64,000 nucleotides of DNA, taken from Malacoraja senta. Taxonomy: Eukaryota. The position numbers and the translations under genes are program-made. Positions 27,201 through 40,340 of the stretch are shown here, piece by piece; positions within the stretch are counted from its first letter, which is position 1; every line of letters starts with the position of its first letter. Location of the stretch: assembly GCA_038087875.1 (NCBI GenBank), contig CM075988.1, positions 18,664,001 to 18,728,000 of the forward strand, written 5' to 3'. The notes under the pieces are model-generated. The model was given only the letters and a program-made list of their open reading frames with translations, was not told the DNA's origin and did not search any database.

Positions 27201-27322
27201 CTGAACCCCCAAGACACAAATGCCTCATCTGTTTCTCTTCCCAGAACAATAAAGAATAAACACAGCCTCAGCAACCACAACTGAACTATTATAACAATTA
27301 CTGGAGGAAATCAACGGGTCAG

Positions 27323-28509
27323 TTTACCTCTGCTGAGACAATATCGGCTGAATATCCTCTTATTGTTCAGCAGTTCTCGATGTGAAATGTTTGTGAATAA
27401 GCTAAAATGGACACTGAAAAAATGGCGCCTGTCCATTTACCTCCAGTTCAATTCCATTTAATTGGGTTTAGTTTAGAGCTACAGTGCGGTAACAGGCCCT
27501 TTGGCCCACTGAGTCCGTGCTGTCCAGCTCTCACCCATCCACTAGGTCTATCCTACACACTAGGGACAATTTGCAGAAGCCAATTAACCTGCATGTCTTT
27601 GGGATGTGAGAGGAAACCGGAGCACCTGGAGAAAACCCACGCGGTCACAGGGAGAAGGCACAAACTCTGTACAGGTAGCACCCGTAGTTAGCATTGAACC
27701 GGGGTCTCTGGCGCTGTTGGGCAGCAACATTACAGCCGTGCCACCCAAAGTTCGTCCAGAGCTGTTTGTTCTTTGCTCAACAACACAGCAACGGCAGTCT
27801 CCTGTGTCTCTATTAAAAGAATTAACTTGCCACAAACAATATACGAGAGCACTTTACTTGTTCCCGTTCCTTGATTAATGTCTGAAGCAAAAATAAAATG
27901 CCTTCAAATGTTTATTTCGCATTTATGAAAAACACAAATAATAGCTATAAAAGAAAGGCTGATTATGTTGTCACTTGTCTGGAAACCAATCTACAGATCG
28001 TGAAACAAGAGAACTCATTCTAAAGTTGAATGTCAAAAACTCTGATAAAAGTGGGCATTTCATTAAAAGACCACAGGAGTCGAAATCTTGGACTGGCTGG
28101 CTTTAGAACTGTTTATGGCTCAGCTAACCTCTGAGGTAAAACGGAGACCCTTTCCAATAGCAAACGCTGTTCTTACACAACATCACGAGTTATAGGAGTA
28201 GAATTAGGCCATTCGGCCCATCGGGTCCACTCCGCCATTCAATCATGGCTGATCTCTGCTTCCTAATCCCATTTTCCTGCCTTCTCCCCATAACCCTTGA
28301 CACCCGTTCTAATCAAGAATTTGTCTAGCTCTGCCTTAAATATATCCACTGACTAGGCACAAATTTGCTACCCTCTGACTGAAGAAGAGTCTATCTGAAA
28401 GAGTTCCCTGCCCAGTCGCACGTGTTCAGCTGCAGGAGGAAACATTTCACATCGAGAACTGCTGAACAATAAGAAGATATTCAGCCGATGTTGTCTCAGC
28501 AGAGGTAAA
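27323..28509. repeat. 70-bp inverted repeat pair (27323-27392 and 28440-28509)
   Basis: Direct reverse-complement match with 2 mismatches. The sequence is not part of any repeat family seen elsewhere in the window. Confidence 0.92.
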
Positions 28510-28790
28510 TCAATTAACAACTGGCAAATATCTTTCCATTATGTTCTAACACAATCTTTCTTTAATCTGGGTATGGTGACGATTTAGTTTAGTTTAGTTT
28601 AGAGATACGGTGTGGAAACAGCCCCTTTGGCCCTCCGAGTCTGCGCCAACCAGCGATCCCATACACTAGCACTATCCTACATTTTTTAACACAGTACGTT
28701 GTGAGTCTGTGGAATTCTCTCCCTCAGAGTGTGGTGGAGGCTGGTTCTCTGGATGCTTTCAATAGAAAGCTAGATAGGGCTCTAAAAGAT

Positions 28791-29332
28791 TTATTTTTAA
28801 TTTTAATTTTTTTTAATTTTTATTTATTAGAAGTACATTAGATTACAACCAATTACATTAGTACTTGCCACGTATATCTTATTACAAATAATGTACTCCG
28901 TTTACTTTTTACACTAATAAAGGGAAAGGATGAGATTGAGAGAAAGAAGAAAGTGAAGGAAAAAAGTGAGTGTGAAAAACGTGACAACACAAAAACAAAA
29001 AACAAAGACCCTATAAGAAAGAAATTAAAAAGAAAAAGAAAGAGTTAAGAAATAGACCCTAAAAAAGAAGAAAAAAAGAAAGAGGGAAAAGAGAAAAACA
29101 AATACTTTTTTGTGAGCATCACGCAAATGGGACATACCAACTCTCCAGCTTTCATCCCCCTTTACCTGACCTCAGTTTATTTTTAAAGTACTTTTGCACC
29201 CTATACTTGTAATAATTCTATAAATGCAGACCACGTCAGGTGGAAGTGATCTGGTTTACCTGCCAGGAGGAGTCTTATCTCTTCTAGGTGTAATGTTTCG
29301 AACATATTTGAAATCCACATGTTTATAGTTGG
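28791..29332 (-). mobile_element. L1 LINE 3' end inserted in a CR1 3' fragment
   Basis: 14-bp TSD gggctctaaaagat (28777-28790 and 29333-29346). The minus strand encodes PTINMWISNMFETLHLEEIRLLLAGKPDHFHLTWSAFIELLQV*. A-rich tail. Confidence 0.85.
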
Positions 29333-29874
29333 GGGCTCTAAAAGATAGCGGAGTCAGGGGATATGGGGAAAAGGCAGGAACGGGGTACTGATTGTGCATG
29401 ATCAGCTATGATCACAGTGAATGGTGGTGCTGGCTGGAAGGGCCGAATAGCCTACTCCTGCACCTATTGTCTATTGACTATCCTAGGGACAATTTACAAT
29501 TTTTACCGATGCCAATTAACCTACAAACCTGTATATCTTTGGAGTGTGTGAGGAAACATGTGTACCCGGAGAAAACCCACGCAGTCATAGGGACAACGTA
29601 CAAACTCTGTACATCAGAATCGAACCCAGGTCTCTGGCGCTGTAAGGCAGCAACTCTACCGCTGCGCCACAGTGCTGCCCCATTTTATTAATTTATTCAT
29701 TGTTCTATTCATTCCTGGAATGTGGTACTCACTGGCATTCATTGCTATCCGAATTCTTCAAATGGCGTTGTATATATTGGGCATACAGTTTTAAGAATGA
29801 ATCATATTGTGCTGTATATCAAGCACTTAACATATAACACAGACCAGTACTCTTCATAGTACGTAAATCCTTTC

Positions 29875-30302
29875 CGTCCTTTGCCACTGTCAGAGTGAGG
29901 CTACACAATAATTGGATGAACAGCACCTCATATTTCACTTGGGCAGCTTACAACCCAGCGTTATAAATGTTGAATTCTCCAATTTCCTAACTCCGCATAA
30001 CCACCCCTCCCCTCCATCCCCCCTCCCCCACCCTAGTCATCCTACCAGTTCCACTGTTGGGATCCTTGTATTCCTCTGGTTAACACGTCTTCCACAGCCA
30101 ACAATGGGCCATTATGAACTCCACCCTTCCTAGGGTCATCTGATGCCGGCCCTGATTTGTTCGGTCCTTTCCAGTTTTCACCTCCGCCTCCACCTTTATC
30201 TTTCAGTCTGAAGAAGGGTTCCAACCCAAAACATCACCTATTCCCTTTCTCCAGAGATGCTGCCCGACCCGCCGAGTAACTCCAGCATTTTGTGTCTATC
30301 TT
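29875..30302 (+). mobile_element. Penelope-like element 3' end (endonuclease C-terminus, UTR, pLTR)
   Basis: EQHLIFHLGSLQPSVINVEFS, then a pyrimidine-rich UTR and the pLTR/hammerhead motif at about 30207-30240. Confidence 0.8.
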
Positions 30303-30837
30303 CCAGAATAGTACAACGCAGGAACATGCCCTTCCTCCCACAATCCCCGTGGCATACATGATGCCAAGTTAAACCAATCTCCAAATGAAACTATCTCCAC
30401 GTGACCCATATCCCTTTATTCTCTGCACAGCCATGTGCCTCTCTACGAGACTCTCAAACCACCCCTGCAAGTGCATCACCGGCAACCATCTTTCTTCTTT
30501 AAACTTTCCCCCTCCTAACTTAAAGCTGTGCCCTCTAGCCCTTGAGATTTCCACCCTGGGACGAGGTTTAATCTGTCTACCCTATCTATGCCTTGCATAA
30601 TTTTATAGAAATCTTTCAGATCACTCCTCATTTTCTGACACTCCAGAGAAAACATTCCAGATTTGTCCAATGTCTCATTACTGCTAATACCCTTCAATCC
30701 ATGCAGTGTTATGGTAAACCTCTTCAGCAGATTCCAAATCCTCCATAGTCCTTCTGTAAAAGGGCGAGCAGAACTGCACAAAATGCTCCAAATGCGGCCT
30801 AATCAAAGTTCTATAAAGCCGCAACATGACTTCCTAA

Positions 30838-31635
30838 AGTGCCTGTCCCACTTAGGCGATTTTTCAGGCAACTGCCGGCGACTGTCAATTCGTAGCAGGT
30901 CGCTGAAAAACCGGTGACTGGAACAGCAACAGTCAGAGTGGAACACACGCACGCACACATCGCTTCCTTCACCAGCCAGTTATGCAGGCGGGGGACAGGG
31001 CAAGCGGGGGGAGCGCCGTCTGAGTGAAATTCACACGGTGCAAAGCCAATGTGATACAGACACACACCGCGATGAACAGGAAGGTTGGCGCTGTAATTAA
31101 GACGGTGAAAGCACAGTGTACGGGAAGGGTCACTTAAGTCCTTTAAAAGAGGAGGGGGAGAGGGGAGAGAAGTGGGGAGAAGGAGCGAAGACAACTTTTA
31201 AGAAGCCAGAGATACCCGGCTGTTAACCTCGGCGGACATTAACATTAACGGTCGGTTATCGTTGGTTCTGAAAACTGACGTTTACGTTTTTTTTTTCTCC
31301 AATGTGCCAATGAAATTCACCGGTCAGCACCGGTGACGACCTACGACAACCTATGACAACCTTCGACCTCCTGGCGACCCACTACCACTGCACCTACGTC
31401 ACGTGAATTCTCGCTACTCTCCATGGCGTCAAAATTCTGGTCGCCGCTAATTTCTCAACATGTTGAAAAATTCGCGACAACCAGAATGAAGCCGAGACTA
31501 GTTACGAGAATGCGGGAACTACTCACCACCATGCAGGCGACACCCCGGCAACCTCCGGCGAACATGTGGCGACCTTGTGGCGACCTCATAGTTTCCTGTA
31601 GTCACCTAAAAAGTTACGTAAGTGGGACAGGCCCA
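30838..31635. mobile_element. PIF/Harbinger-type MITE (subfamily C, 798 bp) inserted in a CR1 fragment
   Basis: TIR agtgcctgtcccactta / taagtgggacaggccca. TAA TSD at 30835-30837 and 31636-31638. Confidence 0.85.
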
Positions 31636-31699
31636 TAACTCTAAGTCCCAGTTCCCCGACCGATTAAGGCAAGTGTACCATAAGCCTGAGATGTATTGA

Positions 31700-32430
31700 G
31701 TCATAGTGATACAGTGTGGAAACAGGCCCAATGACCCAACTTGCCCACACCGGCCAATATGTCCCAGCTACATTAGTCCCACCTGCCTGTGTTTGGTCCA
31801 TATCCCTCCAAACCTGTCCTATCCATGTACCTGTCTAATTGTTTCTCAAATGATGGGATAGTCCCTGCCTCAACTATCTCCTCTGGCAACACCTTCCATA
31901 CATCCACCACCCTTTGTGTGAAAAAGTTACCTCTCAGATTCCTATTAAAGCTTTTACCCTTCACCTTAAACCTATGTCCCCTGGTCCTCGATTCCCCTAC
32001 TCTGGGCAAGAGATTGTGTATCTACCCAATCTATTCATCTCATGATTTTATACACCTCAATAAGATCACTTCTCATCCTCCTGTGCTCCAAGGAATAGTC
32101 CCAGTCTACTCAACGTCTCCCTATAGCTCAGATCCTCTAGACCTGGCAACAAATCTTCTTTGTACCCTTTCCAGCTTGACAATATCTTTCCTAGAACATA
32201 GTGCGCAGAATTGAACACTGCAACACGACCTCCCGACTTCTATACTCAACACTTTGACGGATGAAGACCATTGTGCCAAAAGCCGTTTTGACCACCCTAT
32301 CTACCTGTGACTCTACCGTCAAGGAACCAGGTGCATACCTGTACTCCTGGATCCCTCTCCTCCACAACACTCCCTAGAGCCGTACCAATCACAGTCTAGG
32401 TCCTGCCCCAAGTTTGACTTCCCAAAATAT
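31700..32430 (-). mobile_element. Older CR1 LINE 3' fragment
   Basis: ORF 31773..32009 SRTRGHRFKVKG..FNRNLRGNFFTQRVV. Confidence 0.85.
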
Positions 32431-33078
32431 ATGTCTCTTTGTTCAGTAAAACATTTTTAAGTAACTTTTTTTGTTTCTAATGCATTATTACCCTCCACCA
32501 GAATTCAGTTCCAGAGTGCTTCCCCGTTCAATCTGTCAAATTACCCTGTCCACTGCAAAATCTCAAATGATGTCCCTGAAAGGATGTAAGGAAATTCTTA
32601 AACGAGGATAATTATTGTATTTGTGCCGCTTTGAAGCATTTTTATAAATAATCCATTGCAGCAGACAGATGATACAGAATTATATGCAAACATGAACATA
32701 TGCTAGGAACAGCACACGCTATAATTTACTTTTCTAAATTATAAGCAAGCCACACAGTCAGGAGCAGACCGTTGACAAATAACGCCCTGTGACAAAATGT
32801 AACCACTTGTAAAAGGGCAACTCCGCCCTCGGTAAATTGGCTAAATTGCAGGACAATCTGTGTGATTGGCCTTGATTCATGCCGTTGGACATTAGAAATC
32901 ATCTGTCCCTCTCTCTTTGCCTGGATGTTTGCATTTCACATTGTTTTCATTTGGACAGATCGTGCAGGCAAGGTTTAGAGGGATATATGGGCCAGCCAGC
33001 AGGCTAAAGGGACTAGATTGGATAGGATATCGTGGCCAGCATGAATGAGTTGGGTCGAAGGGCCTGTTTGCATACTTT

Positions 33079-33370
33079 TTTTTAATATGTTTATTTTATT
33101 AGAAGCAATTGTACAAGAATAAAGCAATCAGCATGAGGGTTATACAATTTTCATACACCTTCATTTTTTAACATTTTATAAATTGATACATAAATTGAAA
33201 AAAAGAGAAAAAAGGAAAGAATGAAGAAAAAGAAGAAAGATGCAAAAGAGAGAGAAGAAAAGACCCCTGAACTACCAAAGAAGTGCGAGAAGAAAAAAGA
33301 GCAAGAAGAGAAAAAAAAACGCAGATATGCCCCACTGTCCTCCCCCCCCCCCCCCCCCCCCGCTCACGAG
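33079..33370 (-). mobile_element. L1-type 3' UTR retro-insertion
   Basis: 19-bp TSD gggcctgtttgcatacttt (33060-33078 and 33371-33389). Poly-T and tttattagaag start as in 28791-29332. Confidence 0.75.
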
Positions 33371-33390
33371 GGGCCTGTTTGCATACTTTA

Positions 33391-33638
33391 ATGGCCTGTC
33401 CCACTTGGCGATTTTTTTGGCGACTGCCGGCACATTGACTGACGTATCAGGTCAATGAAAAATGCGCAGCGTGATGCGGCGTGACGCGACGTGATGACGT
33501 ATTGACGCGCGGTGTTTTTTCAAGTGTCGCAACATTATTTTTGTCGCCGCTGGATTTTGAAATGTTCAAAATCTTTTGGCGACCCTGATATGACGCCGGC
33601 AGTTGCCGAAAAAAAAATCACCAAGTGGGACAGGCCCT
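33391..33638. mobile_element. PIF/Harbinger-type MITE (subfamily D)
   Basis: TIR atggcctgtcccacttgg / ccaagtgggacaggccct, with extended inverted subtermini. Flanks tta/ttc. Confidence 0.8.
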
Positions 33639-34069
33639 TTCTATGACATTGCCACAATTCGCCTCTGTGCTTCACCAACATGGTAACAGCTCAGCCTGGT
33701 TACATCTGACATTTTGAAATGCAAAGGGGTTGTGAGACGAACAGACATATTATTTTCTTGTTTGTTCTCTCTCTCCCCAGCGAGATGATTTTGATCAGCA
33801 CCAGAGGTTACCATGTATAAGATCACATTCCATGGATCTTATCCCAGGCACTGTGACCATTGGGATGGATTTACCTGCACTCCGTTTTAGTTTATGTCTG
33901 GTTTAGATCTGAATAAGGGTTTCAACCCGAAACGTCACCTATTCCTTTTCTCCAGAGATGCTGCCTGACCCACTGAATTACTCCAGCATTTTGTGTCTAT
34001 CTTCGGTGTAAACCAGCATCTGCAGTTCCTTCTTACACCTTTTTAGTTTAGTTTAGTTTAGGTTAGTTT

Positions 34070-34608
34070 AAGTCAAGTCAAGTGAGTTTATTGTCATGTG
34101 TCCCTGGTAGGACAATGAAATTCTTGCTTTGCTTGAGAACAACATAACATATTAGGCATTTACTACAAGGCATTCTATAAATATATACACAATGGTCAAT
34201 ATACTGATAAAGTGCAAATAACAGTATTGGCTAGTAAAGTTCAGTGTTATGTCCGAGCCAGGTTTAATAGCCTGATGGCTGTGGGGAAGTAGCTGTTCCT
34301 GAACCTGGTCGTTGCAGTCTTCAGGCTCCTGTACCTTCTACCTGAAGGTAGTAGGGAGATGAGTGTGTGGCCAGGATGGTGTGGGTCCTTGATGATGCTG
34401 CCAGCCTTTTTGAGGCAGCGACTGTGGTAGATCCCCTCGATGGAAGGGAGGTCAGAGCCGATGATGGACTGGGCAGTGTTTACTACTTTTTGTAGTCTTT
34501 TCGCTCCTGGGCACTCAAGTTGCCGAACCAAGCCACAATGCAACCGGTCAGCATGCTCTCCACTGTGCACCTGTAGAAGTTAGAGAGAGTCCTCCTTGAC
34601 AAACCGAC
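34070..34608 (-). mobile_element. Rex1/Babar LINE 3' end
   Basis: KRLQKVVNTAQSIIGSDLPS...HHPGHTL.SLLPSGRRYRS...RFRNSYFPTAIRLLN, closely matching 56760-57130. (cttga)n tail. Confidence 0.88.
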
Positions 34609-36475
34609 TAAACTTTAGTTTAGTTTAGTTTGATTTAGTGATGCAGGATGGAAACAGATCCTTTGCCCCCCCCCCCTGAATCCGTGCCGACCAACGATCA
34701 CCCCATACACTGGTTCTGGACTACACACTAGGGACAATTTACAGAAGCCAATTACCCTACAAACCTGCGGAAGTACGTGGAGGGAACCCACACAGTCACA
34801 GGAAGAACATGCAAACTCCATACAGACAGCACCCGAGGTCACAATCGAACCAGGGTCTATGCTGTGAGGCAGCAGCTCCACCAACTGTGCCACTGTGCCG
34901 CCCCTGGCACAGTGTATTAACCTCAGATGTTGTATCTGCAATGCTGACCTTCACTTGATGTTTGGAGCCAATTTACAAAGAACCTTTCCCAATTGCCTGC
35001 TACAGTCATATGCAGTCATGTACATGTGAGTGTGTAAATATACACACACACTGAACTGCTTTTCTCGTGTATTATATCGTTTACAGTGTACTATGCTTAC
35101 ATACTGTATTCTGTTGTGCTGATGCAAGTAAGAATGTCATCGTTGTATCTGGGACAATAAAACACTCTTGATTCTTGACGCTTGACCAGATCCACAGAAT
35201 CTCCAATAAAATGTCTGGAGCAGGTCATAATTCAAAGGTTTCTGCTGGGCTTTTGTTGAAATTAAGATGAGCCCCGAGGGGATTCTTTTTGGAATTTTTT
35301 TTAATTCCCTTTTCCTCGCGAATGCTTCCCCCGTCTCCTTCTTTAGTCAGAGGGTGGTGCATGTGTGGAAATCATTGCCACAGGTCATTGGCACAGATTG
35401 ACAGATTCTTGATCAGAAAGGGTGTCGGGGGTTATGGGGAGAAAGCAGGAGAATGGGCTTGAGTGGAAAAGATAGACCTGCCATGATTGAACGGGAGAGT
35501 AGACTTGATGGGCCGAATGGCCTAATTCTGCTCCTAAAACCTATGAACTTATGAACATTCTGCTTTTTTTGGAAGCTCTCCTTTCACTGACTGATCCTTA
35601 TTCCCCAGTTTACGTTTCCTTAACTCTTCCACTTCTTGTCTCAATAATTCCCAATTATAGTTACTAAGCTCGGATCTGATCGTTCATCCACCTGTATTGA
35701 TTTGGACAACGGCTGCCTGTTCAAATAATCCACAGCGGACTCCCGAACCAATTCCAGTGACTGATGAAAATCTATGCCCTCCTCATTACAACATCTCTTC
35801 AATCAGATGCTTGATACCAATCATTCTATTCAACTCCCCTTCACTCCGCTTCATCAGCACAAGCGACTCGGCAATCAAGCATTTGATCTTTAATCCTCTA
35901 GTCTCCCAATCAAGCCCTTACACCATTAGTGTCCCCTGTGTTTACCATCGGTACATGGTCCACCGTGTGGTGCATCAGTCCTATCATTCAGACTCCGGTC
36001 ATTTATAGTCATAGAGAGCGGAAACAGGCCCTTCAGCCCAACCTGCCCACGCCGACAAAACATGCCCCATCTACGCTAGTCCCACCTACCTGCGTTTGGT
36101 CCATATCCCTCTAAACCTATCCTAACACGCAACAAAGTCTTTTCACTGTATCTCGGTACACATAACAATCCATCCAATTCTAAAATAGCAACCAAGAAGG
36201 TGGCAATTTGTTGGAACAATTCACCTGGTAAACTAATGCCCTTCAGGGCGGATATCCGCCATCCTTATCTGATAGTTCTGACTTAAACGAAGGAGACTGC
36301 AGAGAGTGGTAGACACTGCCCGCTCCATCACGGGTACTGACCTCCCAACATTGAAGGGGTCTACAGGAAGTGCTGCCTCGAAAAGGCAGCCAACATCATC
36401 AAAGACCCTCACCTCCCTGGCCATGCTCTCAACTCGCTGCTACCATCAAGAAGAAGATACAGGGAAGGTACAGGT

Positions 36476-36882
36476 AGATCGGGAAATCTGGTGCCGTCCT
36501 GGGGGTGGAGTTGGATTAATTGGAGGTGGTCTTGGAGGCGAGGATGCTCGTCAAACTGCGGAGCATCTTGGACAATACAGCTCACCCTGTCCATGACACA
36601 CTAGTCAACCTGAGGAGCACCTTCAGCAACAGACTGGCTCCGCCAAGATGCAGTACAGAACACCCCAGTAGTTCCTTCTTCCCTGTGGCTATCAAACTGT
36701 ACAACTCTTCCCCCATCTGTCATGGGGTAGACAGACTCCCCTCTCCCCCTCCCCCTATCTTTGCTCATCCCCAATCCTTTCTACAATAACTTTAATTTCA
36801 TGTTACATGTATTTTGTGTATTTATGACTGTTGGCAGATCAATTTCCCTCCTGGGATAAATAAAGTTCTATTGTATCGTATC
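36476..36882 (+). mobile_element. Rex1/Babar-like 3' fragment of a second family, nested in another Rex fragment (about 36280-36980)
   Basis: KLRSILDNTAHPVHDTL...STFSNRL..PRCSTE....SFFPVAIKLYN. Tail cctcctgggataaataaagtt. Confidence 0.7.
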
Positions 36883-36998
36883 ATAGGAACCTGAAAACCG
36901 TGACCTCCAGGTTCAAGAACAGACTCTTCCTGGCAACCATCAGGCTCTTGAACACTGCACAACACTATCCTCAGCAACGATGATCTTCTATAGACTGT

Positions 36999-37112
36999 AG
37001 ACAAAAATGCTGGAGAAATTCAGTGGGTGAGTGATGCTGCCTCACCCGCTGAGTTTCCCCAGCATTTTTATCCACCTTCGATTTTTCCAGCATCTGCAGT
37101 TCTTCCTTAAAA
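36999..37112. mobile_element. Short fold-back pLTR-derived insert
   Basis: 16-bp TSD atcttctatagactgt at 36983-36998 and 37113-37128. Confidence 0.8.
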
Positions 37113-39794
37113 ATCTTCTATAGACTGTGTCTTTGGTTGCACAACAGATTTTGGCACTCTTATGGTTAACACTTTACTCTTTTGATGATGAATATGGTCA
37201 AATATTTGTTCTCCCCTCAGTTTGGGATCGTTAGGAATGAGCAACAGAGCCAGACATTGTCAATAACATCAATATACATGTTTTAATAAAAAAACATGAT
37301 GCTGCCTCTTTAACTGTTTTTGATTATATTGCTAGAAGGATAAATCTTGCCTATTTTACTGGGCGAATTCTCCCAGCTCTTTTGTTTACATACATCTGAC
37401 ACCAAAGATGAGTTTTTTAGTTTTTAGTTCAGAGATACAGCATGGAAATAGGCTCTTCAGACTCCAGTCATTTAGAGAGTCATAGAGAGCGGAAACAGGC
37501 CCTTCAGCCCAACCTGCCCACGACGACCAACATGCCCCATCTACGCTAGTCCCACCTACCTGCGTTTGGTCCATATCCCTCTAAATCTAGAAGTAGAATA
37601 GGCCCAACGATACCTGTACATTAGCACCATCCCACACACGAGGAAGAATTTACAATTTTACTGAAGCCAATTAACCTACATCTTTGGAGCATGTGAGGAA
37701 ACCGGAGCACCCGGGGATAACCCACGTGCTCACAGGGAGGTCGTGCAAACTCCTTACAAACAGCAGCCATAGTCAGGATCGATCCGGGTCTTTGGCGCTG
37801 TAAGGCAGCAACACGCCTACACATGTGCAGGTTTGTAGGCTAATTGGCTTGGTAAAATTGTAAATTGTCCCAAATGTGTGTACGATAGTGTTAGTGTGCA
37901 GGGCTCGGTGGGTCGAAGGGCCTGTTTTGAAGCTGTATCTACAAACTAAACTAAACTAAACTAAATTAAATTAAACCAAATTAAACTAAACAGCAGATCA
38001 GATGAAATAGTGGCGGAGCAACTCCGACCTAATAGCTCAGGCCCTCGTGTCCTGGCAACATCCTTGTTAATCTTCTCTGCACTGTTTCCAGCTCAATGGC
38101 ATCTTTCCTACAGAAGGGCGACCTAAACTGAACACAGGACTCCAAGTACAGCCTCACCAACCTCTTGTACTACTGTAACATAATGTCCCAACTTCCATAC
38201 TCAGTGTCCCTACTGATGAAGGCCAGCATTCCAAAAGCCTTCTTCACCACCACATCTACCTGCACCGCCATCACTGTTTGTGGGACCTTCCCTTGTATAA
38301 AATAACTTGCGGTATGTGAGTGAAGAACGACACTTCGTATTGGTTGAACCTGCCTTGAGTCTGTACGAAGGATACAAACCTGAAACGTCACCTATCCATG
38401 TCCTCCAGAGATGTTTTGGAAGGAACTGCAGAGGCTGGTTTGAACCGAAGATAGACACAAAATGCTGGAGTAAATCAGCAGGGCAGGCAGCATCTCTGAA
38501 TGCTGGGAGAAGGAATGTGTGACGTTATGGGTCAAGACACTTCTTCATACTCCAGAGATGTTGCCTGACCTGCTGAGTTACTACAGCATTTTGGGGTTTT
38601 ACTTGTGAAGAGAAGAGACTCGTTTGTAAAGCATCACATTGCAGTAAAAATGTCATGAGGCATAATTCCTACCTATAAAATCCTCCACAGTTAAAACGAT
38701 ATTTCTGGTGAATAATCTCTGCATTTCTTCTTATTGTTCCCTTTGCAATTGGTTCCAGGAAAAATGATTTTAAAAAAGGGATTGTCGTTATTTTAATTGC
38801 CTGCATACTCGACATTCCAGCTCCCTGCACTCCACAGCCAAGATCACAGTGAAACCTGTCCCTGCTTCAGAGTAGCTCTGTGTGAGGCACTTTAACATAT
38901 AACAATGTCGCTCGCAGGTGATAAATATTTCACATGTAGATGCAATGCAGATGGTGTTACAACATCGTAAATGCCTGCTTCCCTCTGCAAAATTCTTCAA
39001 GTAAAAGATTTAACTTCAGTAAGAAGAAGCAGATTGCGTGCGAGTCCGTTAAACTGGTGGAAAACGTACCCGAGGAGGGGAATGGGAGTGAAGAGTGAAT
39101 GGGAAAGCACCCGGCACATTTTCGTAAATTGGTCACTCGGTGACTAAATATAGGATTTAAAACTATGGCAAGATAAAGTTACACCATCAACTTTCTGATG
39201 AGCAGAGACGATTTGAAGAACTGAGAAATATATTCTACACAGTCCATATTCTACACTCTGGAATTTTTCTCTTTGCACCACGTGTTGTACCATTGCATGA
39301 CTTCATTGCCCTGATGTATATCTACTTTGACTTTATAGCTCGCAAGCAACAGCTATTCAGTCCATGAGACAATAATAAGCCAGTACCAATAATTAAAAAG
39401 TCAAAGTGTCCAACACATTCCTTGACTTCTTCTTAAGTGGAATGGGTGATGGGGAATGTGGCTTTCATTGAAGTTGGGTCAATGGAGGTACAGTCATGCA
39501 TTAGGACACAAAGTGCTGGAGGAACGCAGTGGGTCAGGCAGCATTGCAGGAGGACACGGATTGGTGACGTTTTGGGTTGAGACTCTTCTTTGCGTTGATT
39601 GTAGGTGGGAGGGGGAGGCGGGAGAGAAAAGTGGAAAAGGGGAGAGGCAGGAAGTGAGAAAATAAGAAATCTCAGATGTACTTGGGTGAAGATCGGACTT
39701 TGCAGAGACTTGGAGGTTGCAAGATGATGACAGAACGTGGCGACTGTCTGCAGGCTGTTCCAGAAGAGGATCTATTGTACTCATGCATGGCCTA

Positions 39795-40340
39795 CGCTTG
39801 GTCTCACCGATGTAGATCAGCTGACATCTAGAGCAGCGGATGCAATAGATGAGGTTGGAGGAAATGCAGTTGAACCTCTGTCGCACCTGGAACGACTGCT
39901 TGGGTCCTTGAATGGAGTCGAGGGGGGAGGTAAAGCGACAAGTGTAGCATCTCTTGCGGTTGCAAGGGAAAGTGCCCGGGGAGGGGGTGGTGCGGTAAGG
40001 AAGGGAAGAATTGGGAGTTATGGAGGGAGCGGTCTTTGCGGAAAGCAGACAGGGGGGGAGATGGGAAGATGTGGCGAGTGGTGGGGTCACATTGGAGGTG
40101 GCAATGATCTATTCTCCTAGCTAACAATGATCTATTCTACATTTCCCTTAATCCCGCATCTCTTTTGATATCTAATTTTCACACCTTACCCTTCCTTACC
40201 TCTGTGTCTCCCTCTCGCCGACTCTCAGTCTGAAGAAGGGTCTCGAGCGGAAAAGCCACCCACTCCTTCTCTCCAGAGATCCTGCCTGGCCCGCTGAGTT
40301 ACTCCAGCATTTTGTGTCTATCTTCGGTGTAAACCAGCAT
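39795..40340 (-). mobile_element. Penelope-like element: GIY-YIG endonuclease fragment with an upstream inverted pLTR
   Basis: Minus frame TFPCNRKRCYTC...FQVRQRFNCISSNLIYCIRCSRCQLIYIGETKRR (zinc linker plus GIY-YIG). The plus-strand UTR/pLTR at 40110-40340 is inverted relative to the ORF. Confidence 0.88.

Noticed and set aside
38788..39000. Cys-rich 70-aa ORF
   Set aside because: No ATG start, no recognisable cysteine pattern, no clear splice sites.
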